From contig JBDRWW010000001.1 in assembly GCA_039802605.1 (NCBI GenBank), positions 1 to 64,000 on the forward strand: 64,000 nt of DNA. Reading direction: 5' to 3'. The DNA is from a candidate division WOR-3 bacterium (GTDB lineage Bacteria > Hydrothermota > Hydrothermia > LBFQ01). Of this stretch, positions 1 to 9,602 are shown one piece after another (the first letter of the stretch is position 1; each line of letters opens with the position of its first letter). The position numbers and the translations under genes were made by a program. The notes below the pieces were generated by a model, which saw only the letters and a list, made by a program, of their open reading frames with translations, had not been told where the DNA came from and ran no database searches.

Positions 1-1
1 T

Positions 2-421
2 ATTTGGCAAGACTATACGGAAGATACAATAAGGGAGGGTTTAAAGTATGCGTTAAGCAAGTTGGGATTTAAAGGTTTTAAGGTTATGTCAAATGTGAAG
101 GTTGAAAAAGGTGATGACAATATGGAAGTGGATGGCATTGTTTTAGGTGATGATTATGTTATAGTTTTGGAGGTGAAGACAACATTAAGGGTTGATGATG
201 TTGATGAGTTTGTTGAAGAGTTGGAGAAAAGGTTTTTAAGGTTTTTCCCCGAGTACAAAGGTTATAAGTTGTACGGTGCGGTTGCGGGTATGAAGTTCCA
301 ACAATTTGCGGATAGGTATGCAAACAAAAGGGGGCTTATCGTTTTAAAGCATAAGGACGGGAAGGATGTTAAGGTTTTAAATCCAAAAAACTTTAAGCCA
401 AAGGACTTTTCAAATTTATAA
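2..421 (+). CDS. DUF3782-like / PD-(D/E)XK-fold protein, 5' partial
   Basis: Frame is open from position 2 (IWQDYTEDTIREGL...); EVD-x-LEVK nuclease-like motif followed by FPEY...LYGAVAG...YA..RGL. Confidence 0.6.
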   Translation: MWQDYTEDTIREGLKYALSKLGFKGFKVMSNVKVEKGDDNMEVDGIVLGDDYVIVLEVKTTLRVDDVDEFVEELEKRFLRFFPEYKGYKLYGAVAGMKFQQFADRYANKRGLIVLKHKDGKDVKVLNPKNFKPKDFSNL

Positions 422-434
422 TTCTCAGGATTTT

Positions 435-1130
435 ATGGATTTAAAACCAAATCCCGGAAAGGGTTTAACCGTTGATATAAACGGGGAAAAATGGGCGAGG
501 TATCCGATAAAAACCCATGTTATAAAAGCCGGAGAGGATATAGTTTCGGTTGTGGAGAGGTATGTTAAGGGATATCTGAGGGAAGGGGATATAGTTTTTG
601 TTAGCGAAAAGGTGGTTGCCATTTCTCAGGGTAGGGCTTTTCCAATAGATGAAATAAAACCCTCTTTTTGGGCAAAGTTTTTATCAAGGTTTGTAACGAA
701 ATCCCCTTATGGAATAGGGCTTGGAAGCCCTTGGACAATGGAGTTGGCGATAAGGGAGGCGGGTTTGTTTAGGATTCTTTTGGCAGCATTTTTTAGCGCC
801 ATCACAAAACCCTTTGGAATAAGAGGTGTGTTTTATAAAGTAGCGGGTAAGAACATTTCGGCAATAGACGGTCCAACTCCTTATACACTACCTCCCTATA
901 ATAGATATGCAAAACTTCCCCCAAAGGATCCCGATAAGGTGGCAAAGGAAATATCGCAAAGGTTGGGATGTAAGGTTGTTATAGTTGATGCGAACGATTT
1001 GGGAGTTGAAGCCCTCGGTATTTCTCACAAAGAGATAACAAGGGATTTTGTTAAGCGGGTTTTTAGGGACAACCCTTTGGGTCAAGCCTCGGAGCAAACC
1101 CCAATATGCATAGTAAGGAGGGTTAATTGA
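435..1130 (+). CDS. Coenzyme F420-0:L-glutamate ligase (CofE)-like protein
   Basis: IKTHVI..GEDI, VSEKVVAISQGR, IDG, VVIVDANDLG, DNPLGQ..EQTP motifs. Confidence 0.75.
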   Translation: MDLKPNPGKGLTVDINGEKWARYPIKTHVIKAGEDIVSVVERYVKGYLREGDIVFVSEKVVAISQGRAFPIDEIKPSFWAKFLSRFVTKSPYGIGLGSPWTMELAIREAGLFRILLAAFFSAITKPFGIRGVFYKVAGKNISAIDGPTPYTLPPYNRYAKLPPKDPDKVAKEISQRLGCKVVIVDANDLGVEALGISHKEITRDFVKRVFRDNPLGQASEQTPICIVRRVN

Positions 1131-1756
1131 TGGAAGAACTGTTTAAAGGCTTGGGAATTGATGAGATAATCCTTAAAAGGGAGGATAAGTGGAGGGTTCT
1201 AGAAATATTTGCGGATAAAATAAAGGATTGCAGGAAATGTAGATTACACTTACACAGGAAGCAGGTGGTTGTGGGTTCCGGAAACCCTTATGCAAAGGTT
1301 ATGTTTGTTGGAGAAGCACCGGGAAGGGAAGAGGATATAAAGGGGTATCCCTTTGTGGGTAAGGCGGGTAGGTTATTAACGGATATATTAACGGAGCTGG
1401 GGAAGGATCGGGAAAGGGATGTTTATATAGCAAATGTTATAAAGTGTAGGCCTCCGGGGAATAGGGATCCACTGCCGGATGAGGTACAATCCTGCACACC
1501 CTATTTGGATTTTCAGATTAAGGTTATATCCCCAAAGGTTATTTTGTGTTTGGGCAGGTATAGTATGTATCATATCCTAAACAGGCCCGATCAACCAAAG
1601 ATAAACGAAGTTAGGGGTAGGTTTCACACATCAAGGTACGGAATACCCGCATACGCAACATATCATCCGGCTGCGGCTTTAAGAAATCCGACATTTGTGG
1701 ATTTGATAAGGGAAGACATAAAAAGGGTTTTTGAGTTTGCGGAATCAACGGATTAG
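1130..1756 (+). CDS. Uracil-DNA glycosylase, family 4 (Fe-S)
   Basis: CxxCxL, GEAPG..ED..G.PFVG.AG, NVIKCRPP.NR.P, TYHPAA; ATG overlaps the upstream stop (TGATG). Confidence 0.93.
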   Translation: MEELFKGLGIDEIILKREDKWRVLEIFADKIKDCRKCRLHLHRKQVVVGSGNPYAKVMFVGEAPGREEDIKGYPFVGKAGRLLTDILTELGKDRERDVYIANVIKCRPPGNRDPLPDEVQSCTPYLDFQIKVISPKVILCLGRYSMYHILNRPDQPKINEVRGRFHTSRYGIPAYATYHPAAALRNPTFVDLIREDIKRVFEFAESTD

Positions 1757-1779
1757 GTTTATACTTTATGAGGATAACT

Positions 1780-4416
1780 TTACAAGCCCGTTATAATATT
1801 CACTATTTTACCAGGTACATATATAACCTTCTTTATTTCGCCGGTTAGGTACCTTGAAAGCCTTTCGTTATTCTTCACAATTTCCAAGACATATTCTTCG
1901 TCCGAGTTTATGGGTATTTTTAACGTTCCCCTAAACTTTCCGTTTATTTGAACCCCTATTTCCACCTCCTCCCTTATGAGTCCGGGCAAAGGCTCCGGTA
2001 GGGGGGTTTTGAATACGGTTTCCTTACCCAAAAGTTTATCCATATCAAATTTATGGAACAATTCCTCGGCCAAGTGCGGTGATACGGGAGCCAAAAGTCT
2101 AACAAATACGTTTATAAACCATCCCTTGGTTTTTTCTGTTATTTTTGCATTTTCAACCGCATTAATTGCTTCCATAAGTTTGGCAATTGCCGTGTTAAAC
2201 TTAAACTTTTCGTAATCCTTCCTTATACCCGCTACAATCTCGTTTATAGTTATAACGAAATCCCTATCGTTTAAATCGGGCTCGTTTTCCGCCCTTACAC
2301 CACTTTGGTAAAACCCATAAAAAACCCTCCAAATCTTGTTCAAAAACCTTATAGCAGCCGTTGCGGTTGCATCCGTCCATTCAAAGTCCATATCCGGAGG
2401 TGCGGCAAATAGTATCGCAACCCTTGCCGCATCCGCACCATACTCATCAACAAAAGGACCCAAGGGCACAACATTACCCCTCGACTTTGACATCATTTCA
2501 AGCCTCTCCTCCAATGGTGTTCCATCCGCCTTTAAATACGGTTTTCCATCCCTGTATTCAACATCCTCCGGGTTTGGAAAGCTTTTCAAGTGTACGGGAG
2601 ACCACCAAAACTTTTTAAGGACGAGGCCTTGTGTGAATAGGTTTGTAAAGGGTTCGTCATACTTTAAAATCCCCTCATCGTATAAAACCTTTGTGATAAA
2701 CCTCGCGTATATCAGGTGTTTTGTCGCATGCTCCGCCCCCCCTATATACTGATCCACAGGCATCCAAGCGTTTGCCCTCTCCTTATCAAATATTTCTTTG
2801 TCGTTTTTGGGGTCGGTAAATCGTAAGAAATACCAAGAAGAATCCACAAATGTATCCATAGTATCCGGATCCCTTTTGGCATCGGCTCCACACCTTGGAC
2901 ACTTGGTATTTATAAACTCCGGAACATCCTCCAAAGGGGAGCGCCCTTTTGGCAAAAAGTTTTCTGTATGCGGTAATAAAACCGGGAGGTTTTCATCCGG
3001 CACCTCACCGCACCTTGGACAGTGTATTATGGGTATAGGGGCACCCCAATACCTCTGCCTTGAAACCAACCAATCCCTTATCCTATAAGCTACCGCGGGA
3101 CCACCCAAACCCATTTCCTTTAACTTTTGCCCAATCCTTTTTATAGCCTCATCCGATTTCAAACCCGTAAATTCCCCCGAATCTTTCAATATCCCCTTCA
3201 ACTCGTATGCCCTTTTTGGTTGGAAGATATATCTTTTACCCTTATATTCCAAGGAAAACCTTTCCGAATCCGTTTCCTCAAACATGCATTTTAAAAACTC
3301 TTCAAACCCTTCACCCTCGTTTTTTTCCGGGAAAACAACAACCTTAATGGGTAGTTTATAAGTTTGGGCAAACTCGAAATCCCTTTGGTCGTGCGCCGGC
3401 ACACCCATAACGGCCCCCGTGCCATATTCCCCAAGTACATAATCCGCCACGAAAACGGGTATCTTTTCCTTTGTAAAGGGGTGTTCGGCGTACAGACCCG
3501 TAAATACTCCCGTTTTACCCTTTTGCCTTTCTTCGGGTGATTTTACAAGGGATTCGTTTATGTATCTCAAAACATTTTCCCTGTGATCGTCGGAAACGAA
3601 TTTTAAAATCTCGTCGGTTATTTCGCTATCGGGTGCCACGCTTATAAATGTGACACCAAAAACGGTATCCGCCCTTGTAGTAAAAACCCTTATTGGTAAA
3701 TCCCCTACCTTGAAGACTATTTCCGTTCCCTCACTCTTACCTATCCAGTTTTCCTGCTGTTTTATAACATGCTCCGGCCAGTGACCCCTTAACTTTTCAA
3801 GGTCCTTTAAAAGCCTATCCGCATATTCCGTAATTTTAAAAAACCATTGGGTTAGCTTCTTTTTTTCCACAGGGGTTTTACACCTTTCGCATTTTCCCTC
3901 AACAACCTGCTCATTTGCCAAAACCGTTTTACAGTTTGGACACCAATTAACCCATGCCCCCTTTCTATAAGCCAAACCCCTCTTATAAAGGATTAAAAAC
4001 AATTTTTGCGTCCATTTGTAATATTCCGGGTCTGATGTTGCAAACTCCCTATCCCAATCGTACGAAAGACCCAACTTCTTTAACTGTTCCCTGAAACCCT
4101 CTATGTTGTTGTAAGTCCATTCCCTTGGGTGTATCCCCCATTGTATCGCGGCGTTTTCCGCTGGTAGTCCAAAGGAATCCCAACCCATAGGGTGTAGCAC
4201 CTCGTACCCTTCCATCATCTTAATCCTCGCAACGGCGTCACCTATTGCGTAGTTTTTTAAATGCCCCATGTGTAAATCCCTACCCGAAGGGTATGGGAAC
4301 ATTTCAAGGACATAGTATTTGTTTTTGGGTTTTTCGGGTGCTTTAAAAAGTTTTATCTCTTCCCAAAATTTTTGCCATCTCCTTTCTATCTCCCCAGCTT
4401 TATATTCTTTATCCAT
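1780..4416 (-). CDS. leuS: Leucine--tRNA ligase
   Basis: MFPYPSG..LHMGH, FTTRADT editing domain, SRQRYWG, DTMDTF, MMSKS. Confidence 0.97.
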   Translation of the reverse strand: MDKEYKAGEIERRWQKFWEEIKLFKAPEKPKNKYYVLEMFPYPSGRDLHMGHLKNYAIGDAVARIKMMEGYEVLHPMGWDSFGLPAENAAIQWGIHPREWTYNNIEGFREQLKKLGLSYDWDREFATSDPEYYKWTQKLFLILYKRGLAYRKGAWVNWCPNCKTVLANEQVVEGKCERCKTPVEKKKLTQWFFKITEYADRLLKDLEKLRGHWPEHVIKQQENWIGKSEGTEIVFKVGDLPIRVFTTRADTVFGVTFISVAPDSEITDEILKFVSDDHRENVLRYINESLVKSPEERQKGKTGVFTGLYAEHPFTKEKIPVFVADYVLGEYGTGAVMGVPAHDQRDFEFAQTYKLPIKVVVFPEKNEGEGFEEFLKCMFEETDSERFSLEYKGKRYIFQPKRAYELKGILKDSGEFTGLKSDEAIKRIGQKLKEMGLGGPAVAYRIRDWLVSRQRYWGAPIPIIHCPRCGEVPDENLPVLLPHTENFLPKGRSPLEDVPEFINTKCPRCGADAKRDPDTMDTFVDSSWYFLRFTDPKNDKEIFDKERANAWMPVDQYIGGAEHATKHLIYARFITKVLYDEGILKYDEPFTNLFTQGLVLKKFWWSPVHLKSFPNPEDVEYRDGKPYLKADGTPLEERLEMMSKSRGNVVPLGPFVDEYGADAARVAILFAAPPDMDFEWTDATATAAIRFLNKIWRVFYGFYQSGVRAENEPDLNDRDFVITINEIVAGIRKDYEKFKFNTAIAKLMEAINAVENAKITEKTKGWFINVFVRLLAPVSPHLAEELFHKFDMDKLLGKETVFKTPLPEPLPGLIREEVEIGVQINGKFRGTLKIPINSDEEYVLEIVKNNERLSRYLTGEIKKVIYVPGKIVNIITGL

Positions 4417-4442
4417 AAGCGGGAATTTTACCCCCGCGGGAT

Positions 4443-4865
4443 TTATTTCTCCTTAACGAACAAACCCAAAGCCCCAAGGAGGATTAAACCGGTTAAGGAT
4501 AGGGGTGCAAAAATGGGTGGTTTTTCTTCCTTTTCTTCACCTTCATACTTTTCTCCATTCACCGTTTGATATATTTCCAATGCATAGGCGGTTTCCTCCT
4601 CCGAGGCGTGTTCCCAGTGTTCAAACATACCGAATATACCGCTTGGGGATAGGAGTAAAAGGATTACAAATATCGGAAATCTCAAAGCACCAACAAAAAA
4701 TCCCAAAATCATAAGGATTGCGGATAATCCTGACACAACAGGTGCAACCATCTGGATTTTGTGAAAGTGTTCAAGTGTAAAGAGTTCCGCAAGCGTAATA
4801 AGTAGGCCAAATATGGCAAAGAAAATTACAATATCCACAAACCTCGATTTTAAAAACCCCCTCAT
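4443..4865 (-). CDS. Hypothetical membrane protein (about 4 TM, His-containing)
   Basis: Hydrophobic segments; LEHFH and FEHWEH; PPIFAPL motif; TAAAAT 7 nt upstream. Confidence 0.7.
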   Translation of the reverse strand: MRGFLKSRFVDIVIFFAIFGLLITLAELFTLEHFHKIQMVAPVVSGLSAILMILGFFVGALRFPIFVILLLLSPSGIFGMFEHWEHASEEETAYALEIYQTVNGEKYEGEEKEEKPPIFAPLSLTGLILLGALGLFVKEK

Positions 4866-4872
4866 ACCGGGA

Positions 4873-4924
4873 ATTTTAAGGGTGTTAGTAGGGGTTTAAA
4901 AGCGAATCTTGACTTATATATAAT
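4873..4924. promoter_or_regulatory. Divergent -10 boxes for near-leaderless transcripts
   Basis: TAAAAT on - strand (4873-4878) 7 nt before ATG 4865; TATAAT on + strand (4919-4924) 8 nt before ATG 4933. Confidence 0.65.
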
Positions 4925-4932
4925 TACCGGTT

Positions 4933-5964
4933 ATGTTGCTGTTAATCTCAATTCCCGCTTTTGCAAGGATGTATGGCGTTTCTTGTAATCTATGCCATAT
5001 TGCATACCCAAAGTTAAACAATTTCGGTGAGAATTTCGCGGATAACGGGTATTACTTCCCCGGCAAACAGGAGGAGGTATATTCCGATAATAACGATGAA
5101 GAATTAAATTTGTTTAATAAAATTCCCCTCTCGGTTCGATTTATGCAGTATCTAACGGCCGAATACCAAAAGGATAAAAATACCTTTGTTGATTTTAAAA
5201 GTCCATATTCGGCAAAAATATTAATGGGTGGGGCTTTTAACCAGAACTTAAACTTTTATTCTTATGTAATATTTGAAAAGGGGGAACCGCCGTTTTTTGA
5301 AGATGCTTGGGTTGATGTGCATAACTTCTTTGGATTACCTTTATCGCTAACACTTGGACAGTTTCAGATAGCGGATTTAATGTTTTTGAGGGAAACGCGC
5401 CTTACACAATCCGATTTTTATATATACAAACTAAGTCCATTTCCATTGACATACCACAGGGGTGCCATACTCGGAACACCATATTTTGATTTTGGCGTTG
5501 TAAATGGAAACGGTATAGGGGAAGGGTTTGACAACAATCCCCAGAAGTGGTATTTCACAAGGGTACCGATGCCTTTTAAATCTGGTATATTTGCCCTTTG
5601 GGGTGAAGATTATTTAAACGATAAATATACGAAAATATACAGGTTTGGATTTGATTGGAGAACCTCTTATAGGGATTTTTATCCGTTTTTACAGGTCTTG
5701 GTGGGGTTTGATAGGGATACACAAAACCTGTTTTATGGGGGATTCTTCGGTTTGGATGTCGTTAAAAACAAATTCGTTTATTCCTTCCTTTTTAACTATG
5801 TGGATGCCCCAAATAATTCATACTATTACCAACAAAGGCTTTTAAGGGGCGCGTTCAGGTTGTCTTACTACATATTGAGAAACCTGAAAACCTTTGCGGA
5901 GGTTGAAGGTGACGCGTTTTCAAATTGGGTAATTTTATACCTCGGATTTGATTACGCTTTTTAA
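4933..5964 (+). CDS. Cyc2-like fused monoheme cytochrome c / outer-membrane porin
   Basis: N-terminal IPAFARMYGVSCNLCHIAYPKLNNFGENF..NGY with CxxCH; beta-strand-rich body; C-terminal Phe (DYAF). Confidence 0.75.
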   Translation: MLLLISIPAFARMYGVSCNLCHIAYPKLNNFGENFADNGYYFPGKQEEVYSDNNDEELNLFNKIPLSVRFMQYLTAEYQKDKNTFVDFKSPYSAKILMGGAFNQNLNFYSYVIFEKGEPPFFEDAWVDVHNFFGLPLSLTLGQFQIADLMFLRETRLTQSDFYIYKLSPFPLTYHRGAILGTPYFDFGVVNGNGIGEGFDNNPQKWYFTRVPMPFKSGIFALWGEDYLNDKYTKIYRFGFDWRTSYRDFYPFLQVLVGFDRDTQNLFYGGFFGLDVVKNKFVYSFLFNYVDAPNNSYYYQQRLLRGAFRLSYYILRNLKTFAEVEGDAFSNWVILYLGFDYAF

Positions 5965-5993
5965 TGGGGTGGCCAACCTTATAATATCAACAT

Positions 5994-6659
5994 ATGCGTA
6001 TCCTCTTAACCTCAGGCGATGTGGAAAAGTCTGAAAATTATAAAAATTATCTCAAAGGCCTTGGAGCGGAGGTTGATGTTATTACACCTAACGATAAAAG
6101 GGATATATACCCAAATGAATACGACCTTTTGGTTTTGAGCGGGGGAAAGGATATAAATCCCAAGAGATATAACGAAGAAATTAAATACGAGAATGTTGAG
6201 GTGGATGAGGAAAGGGATGAATTGGAGTTTAACCTAATTGATGAATTTTTACGGAGTAAAAAGCCCATATTCGGGATTTGTAGGGGTTTTCAGGTTTTAA
6301 CGGTATTTTTTGGGGGGAGTTTATACCAAGACCTTGAAATGGAGGGTTTTAAAGCAATACATAGGGGAGAAAACGGCAAAGATAAGGAACACAAGGTTGT
6401 TTTTTCAGGGGTTTTTGAAGGGGTTTTCGGTTCGGAAGGGGTTGTTAATAGTAATCATCATCAGGGTTTAAAGGGATTTCCTGAAAGGTTGAAAGATGGT
6501 GAAATTTTGGCGGTTTCGGAGGATCACCTCGTTGAGGCTTTCATTTCCAAAAAATACAAGGTCTTGGCCGTTCAATGGCACCCGGAAAGGCATAAATCGG
6601 AAATATCGCTAAAACTTTTGGAAATAATAAAAGGGGAGCTCTCGTCGTGCGACGGATAA
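5994..6659 (+). CDS. Class I glutamine amidotransferase / peptidase C26 (PuuD-like)
   Basis: SGG.DI.P..Y, RDE.E, GICRGFQ, VNS.HHQG, VQWHPE. Confidence 0.9.
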   Translation: MRILLTSGDVEKSENYKNYLKGLGAEVDVITPNDKRDIYPNEYDLLVLSGGKDINPKRYNEEIKYENVEVDEERDELEFNLIDEFLRSKKPIFGICRGFQVLTVFFGGSLYQDLEMEGFKAIHRGENGKDKEHKVVFSGVFEGVFGSEGVVNSNHHQGLKGFPERLKDGEILAVSEDHLVEAFISKKYKVLAVQWHPERHKSEISLKLLEIIKGELSSCDG

Positions 6660-9599
6660 TCACCTTATTACCGAGAACCATTTTTCAACCTTTTCATCGT
6701 TAGCCCTTATCCTCAAAAGATAAACACCTACGGGCAACTTGGGTAATTCTATCTCGTGTTTGGTATATCCCTTAAAGTTTTGAGATTTTGAATATACCTT
6801 GCGCGCCTTTAAGTCAAATATCTCTATGGTGGCATAGGCATCCCCACCAAATACAACCCTCAACTTCGCTTGCCCCTTAGCGGGATTGGGATATATTATC
6901 ACATTATCCCTACTCAAAAACTTTATATCCAAAACCCTAACGGTCTTAACCTGCGATTCCCCATATGTGTAATCGTTATAGCCCCTTACAACAACACCGT
7001 GATCGCCAATATCAAACTCCCCAAACCTTATCCTAACATAAACCGTCTCAACGGGGCTGTCAAAGGTTCCATCCTTCGGTATCATTGAATACTTTATGTT
7101 TCCATCCACAATAGCCTCCGCAGATTTTATGGCATACCTTGATCTTATTACCGCCTCTATGTATGTGCTATCCGGTGAGTTCTTATATACGCTATCCGGA
7201 TTTAATTTCGTTATTATAACCTCAACGGTTGCGTTTGATACCACCGTAAACCTGAAGCTATCCCTTACCATCATATTGCCGCTTAGATCTACAAACGAAT
7301 CCACGACAACCTTTACCGTTGAATCATAGGGCAACATTACTGTGGGATTTACCTTTAATGTCCTCCTATCCTGCCAAGACCTTGTATAAGAATATTCCGA
7401 GGTATTTACAAGTACCTTTAAATACCCCCAAACGCTCGTATCCATATCCTCGCTGAATATTATCGTTATCGTTGGCGTAGGGGATACACCAAAGGCTCCA
7501 TTGTTGGGTTCCGTGTATGTTATATAAGGCCTTGTGGTATCCAAATATATAACCCAAGCGCTGTCATAAGAGGTATTACCACTGTAATCGTAACCATAGG
7601 CCTTTAATAGAAATGTGTCGGATGGAACATCCGGTATGTAAAAACACGCCGTGTCGGGATTATTAAAGGGTTCGTTCCTACAATCGGTAAAAGATGTGTA
7701 TGTCCGGGAATTAAAATACCAATCAACCCTCTGTATCCCCCTGTTATCCGATATATAAGCCCTTACAGGAATAGCCCTGTCATAAATTGTTATGGTATCT
7801 CCTGGTAGTATCGTAATCGTAGGAGGATTTCCATCCACAGACCCGGTGGTGAATGTTATAACCTTTGGTACCAAGTTTTTACCGTTTAATCCCATTATCC
7901 CACTCCTGAACTCTACCCTTACAGTCTCAGAAGTGGCAAAATCCGTATATGGGTTTAATACGCAATAGTCCAATTTCGGACAGCTCTTGTCAAAGGTATG
8001 AGCTCCGGAACTGCTACCAAATATACTAATGGTTGTACCGTTTATCGTTGTGGTATCCATATCCTTTGAAAACTGTACCCCTATGTTTGTATTGGCGGGA
8101 ACATTTACCTCTCCACTGTCGGGTGTGGTGAATACTATTACCGGATTTGATGTATCAACAGTCTGAGTTCTGAATGTTATGGTCTTAGGTATTAGACTGT
8201 TCGCAGAGGTATCCCTTATATACGATGTGAATATTACATATACCAATTCGTTAGGCCTGAAATCGGGATATGGGTCAAGAACGCAGAACACACTAAGGGG
8301 ACATGTCCTCGTAAAACTGTAATTCCTTAAACTGCTCCCATCCCAACCCCTTATTGTTATATTCGCATTGTCTATCGTCGTTGTATCCATTGGCTTTGAA
8401 AACCATACACCTATGTTTGCCGATAAAGGTACATCTACCTCCCCGCTGTCGGGCTGCGTTAATATTACCCTAGGCTTTGTAGTGTCGTATAAGGAAGGGC
8501 ATATATCGGCTGTACTGGATGAGAATGGGGATTTAGAATAATAGAATGGGGAAGTATATATAGTATCAGGAGAAAAACCGGTACTTGAAGTAACATAAAA
8601 AATTGGGCCAAGCGCGGGGACCGTAGAGAAAGTGTCAATATTGCAAGCCGTGAAGTCGTTATTCATCTTCATAAAATAAACCTTACCGCTATCCTGTTGG
8701 GAAAATATGGCTATACGGTTATCTATGTCAAAGTATAGGGTTGCCGTTCCCGAAATGCTAAACCTTTTGGCTTGCCTTAGGGAAGTGTCCCTTAAGTTTA
8801 GTAAAACTATAAAGCCGTAATACATAGTACTATCAACTAATATTCCCCAAACCGCAACGGTATCAATCCCCTTTGCCGATATACCCAACGGGATAAAAGT
8901 TCTAATCGAATGGTAAAGATATGTATTCTTGACGACAGATAATGAATCATAAAAAATGTATAACCCGTGCCCACCGTTGTGCGACAATGCCGCAACGAGG
9001 AAGGTATCGGCTGTATCAACTACCAAATAACGGTTAATTAAGCTGGGTATATTTAATTTTATCACATTTGAAAATTTAAAAATATAAACCGAATCACCGT
9101 ACATGGATACACCCCTACCGGAGCCCGAAAAAGACATACCCTTTACGATTGTGCCCGGTATAGAATAGTAATTGTATCCCAGGGAACTAGGAGTTCCAAT
9201 ATCATATCTTATTATAATACTATCTTCATCATAACCCCAAACCCTGTAATATAGTAAATACTTCTCGACATCAGTTATGGTTATATTCCCAGAAACGGGC
9301 GCTAGCTCATACCTTCCAACAAGGGTGTCCCGATAATAAATTATTATACCCCTGTCATATACCATTGCAACCGTGTCTTCTCCTAAAACCTTTGCGGATC
9401 TTATATGTTTCCCCGTATCCGGCAGGAATTTATCGGAGTAGATGATGTTGCCGCTTCTATCCACCTTTATAACTTTTATCGTATCATTTGTGGTATCTTG
9501 GCCAACTATGTAGTAGTATCCATTTTTTCCGGAGGCATAAATGTTGCCCCCTAAACCCCCTATGCTCTTTAAAAAATAATAACCAAAAATCCACATCAT
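6660..9599 (-). CDS. Secreted protein with repeated Ig-like (Big_5-like) domains and a T9SS type A-like C-terminal domain
   Basis: Three repeats of DT..P.(V/I)..T.P..G...V....I...FS..MDT; C-terminus IYPNP...IEIFDL.AR.V...LPVGVYLLRI. Confidence 0.8.
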   Translation of the reverse strand: MMWIFGYYFLKSIGGLGGNIYASGKNGYYYIVGQDTTNDTIKVIKVDRSGNIIYSDKFLPDTGKHIRSAKVLGEDTVAMVYDRGIIIYYRDTLVGRYELAPVSGNITITDVEKYLLYYRVWGYDEDSIIIRYDIGTPSSLGYNYYSIPGTIVKGMSFSGSGRGVSMYGDSVYIFKFSNVIKLNIPSLINRYLVVDTADTFLVAALSHNGGHGLYIFYDSLSVVKNTYLYHSIRTFIPLGISAKGIDTVAVWGILVDSTMYYGFIVLLNLRDTSLRQAKRFSISGTATLYFDIDNRIAIFSQQDSGKVYFMKMNNDFTACNIDTFSTVPALGPIFYVTSSTGFSPDTIYTSPFYYSKSPFSSSTADICPSLYDTTKPRVILTQPDSGEVDVPLSANIGVWFSKPMDTTTIDNANITIRGWDGSSLRNYSFTRTCPLSVFCVLDPYPDFRPNELVYVIFTSYIRDTSANSLIPKTITFRTQTVDTSNPVIVFTTPDSGEVNVPANTNIGVQFSKDMDTTTINGTTISIFGSSSGAHTFDKSCPKLDYCVLNPYTDFATSETVRVEFRSGIMGLNGKNLVPKVITFTTGSVDGNPPTITILPGDTITIYDRAIPVRAYISDNRGIQRVDWYFNSRTYTSFTDCRNEPFNNPDTACFYIPDVPSDTFLLKAYGYDYSGNTSYDSAWVIYLDTTRPYITYTEPNNGAFGVSPTPTITIIFSEDMDTSVWGYLKVLVNTSEYSYTRSWQDRRTLKVNPTVMLPYDSTVKVVVDSFVDLSGNMMVRDSFRFTVVSNATVEVIITKLNPDSVYKNSPDSTYIEAVIRSRYAIKSAEAIVDGNIKYSMIPKDGTFDSPVETVYVRIRFGEFDIGDHGVVVRGYNDYTYGESQVKTVRVLDIKFLSRDNVIIYPNPAKGQAKLRVVFGGDAYATIEIFDLKARKVYSKSQNFKGYTKHEIELPKLPVGVYLLRIRANDEKVEKWFSVIR

Positions 9600-9602
9600 T
9601 TT

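Noticed and set aside
435..1130. F420 biosynthesis inferred from the CofE-like gene
   Set aside because: No other cof/fbi genes are in the window, and this family is widespread in organisms without F420.
2484..2498. LeuRS MMSKS instead of KMSKS
   Set aside because: The first position of this motif varies among bacterial LeuRS enzymes, and the catalytic second Lys is retained.
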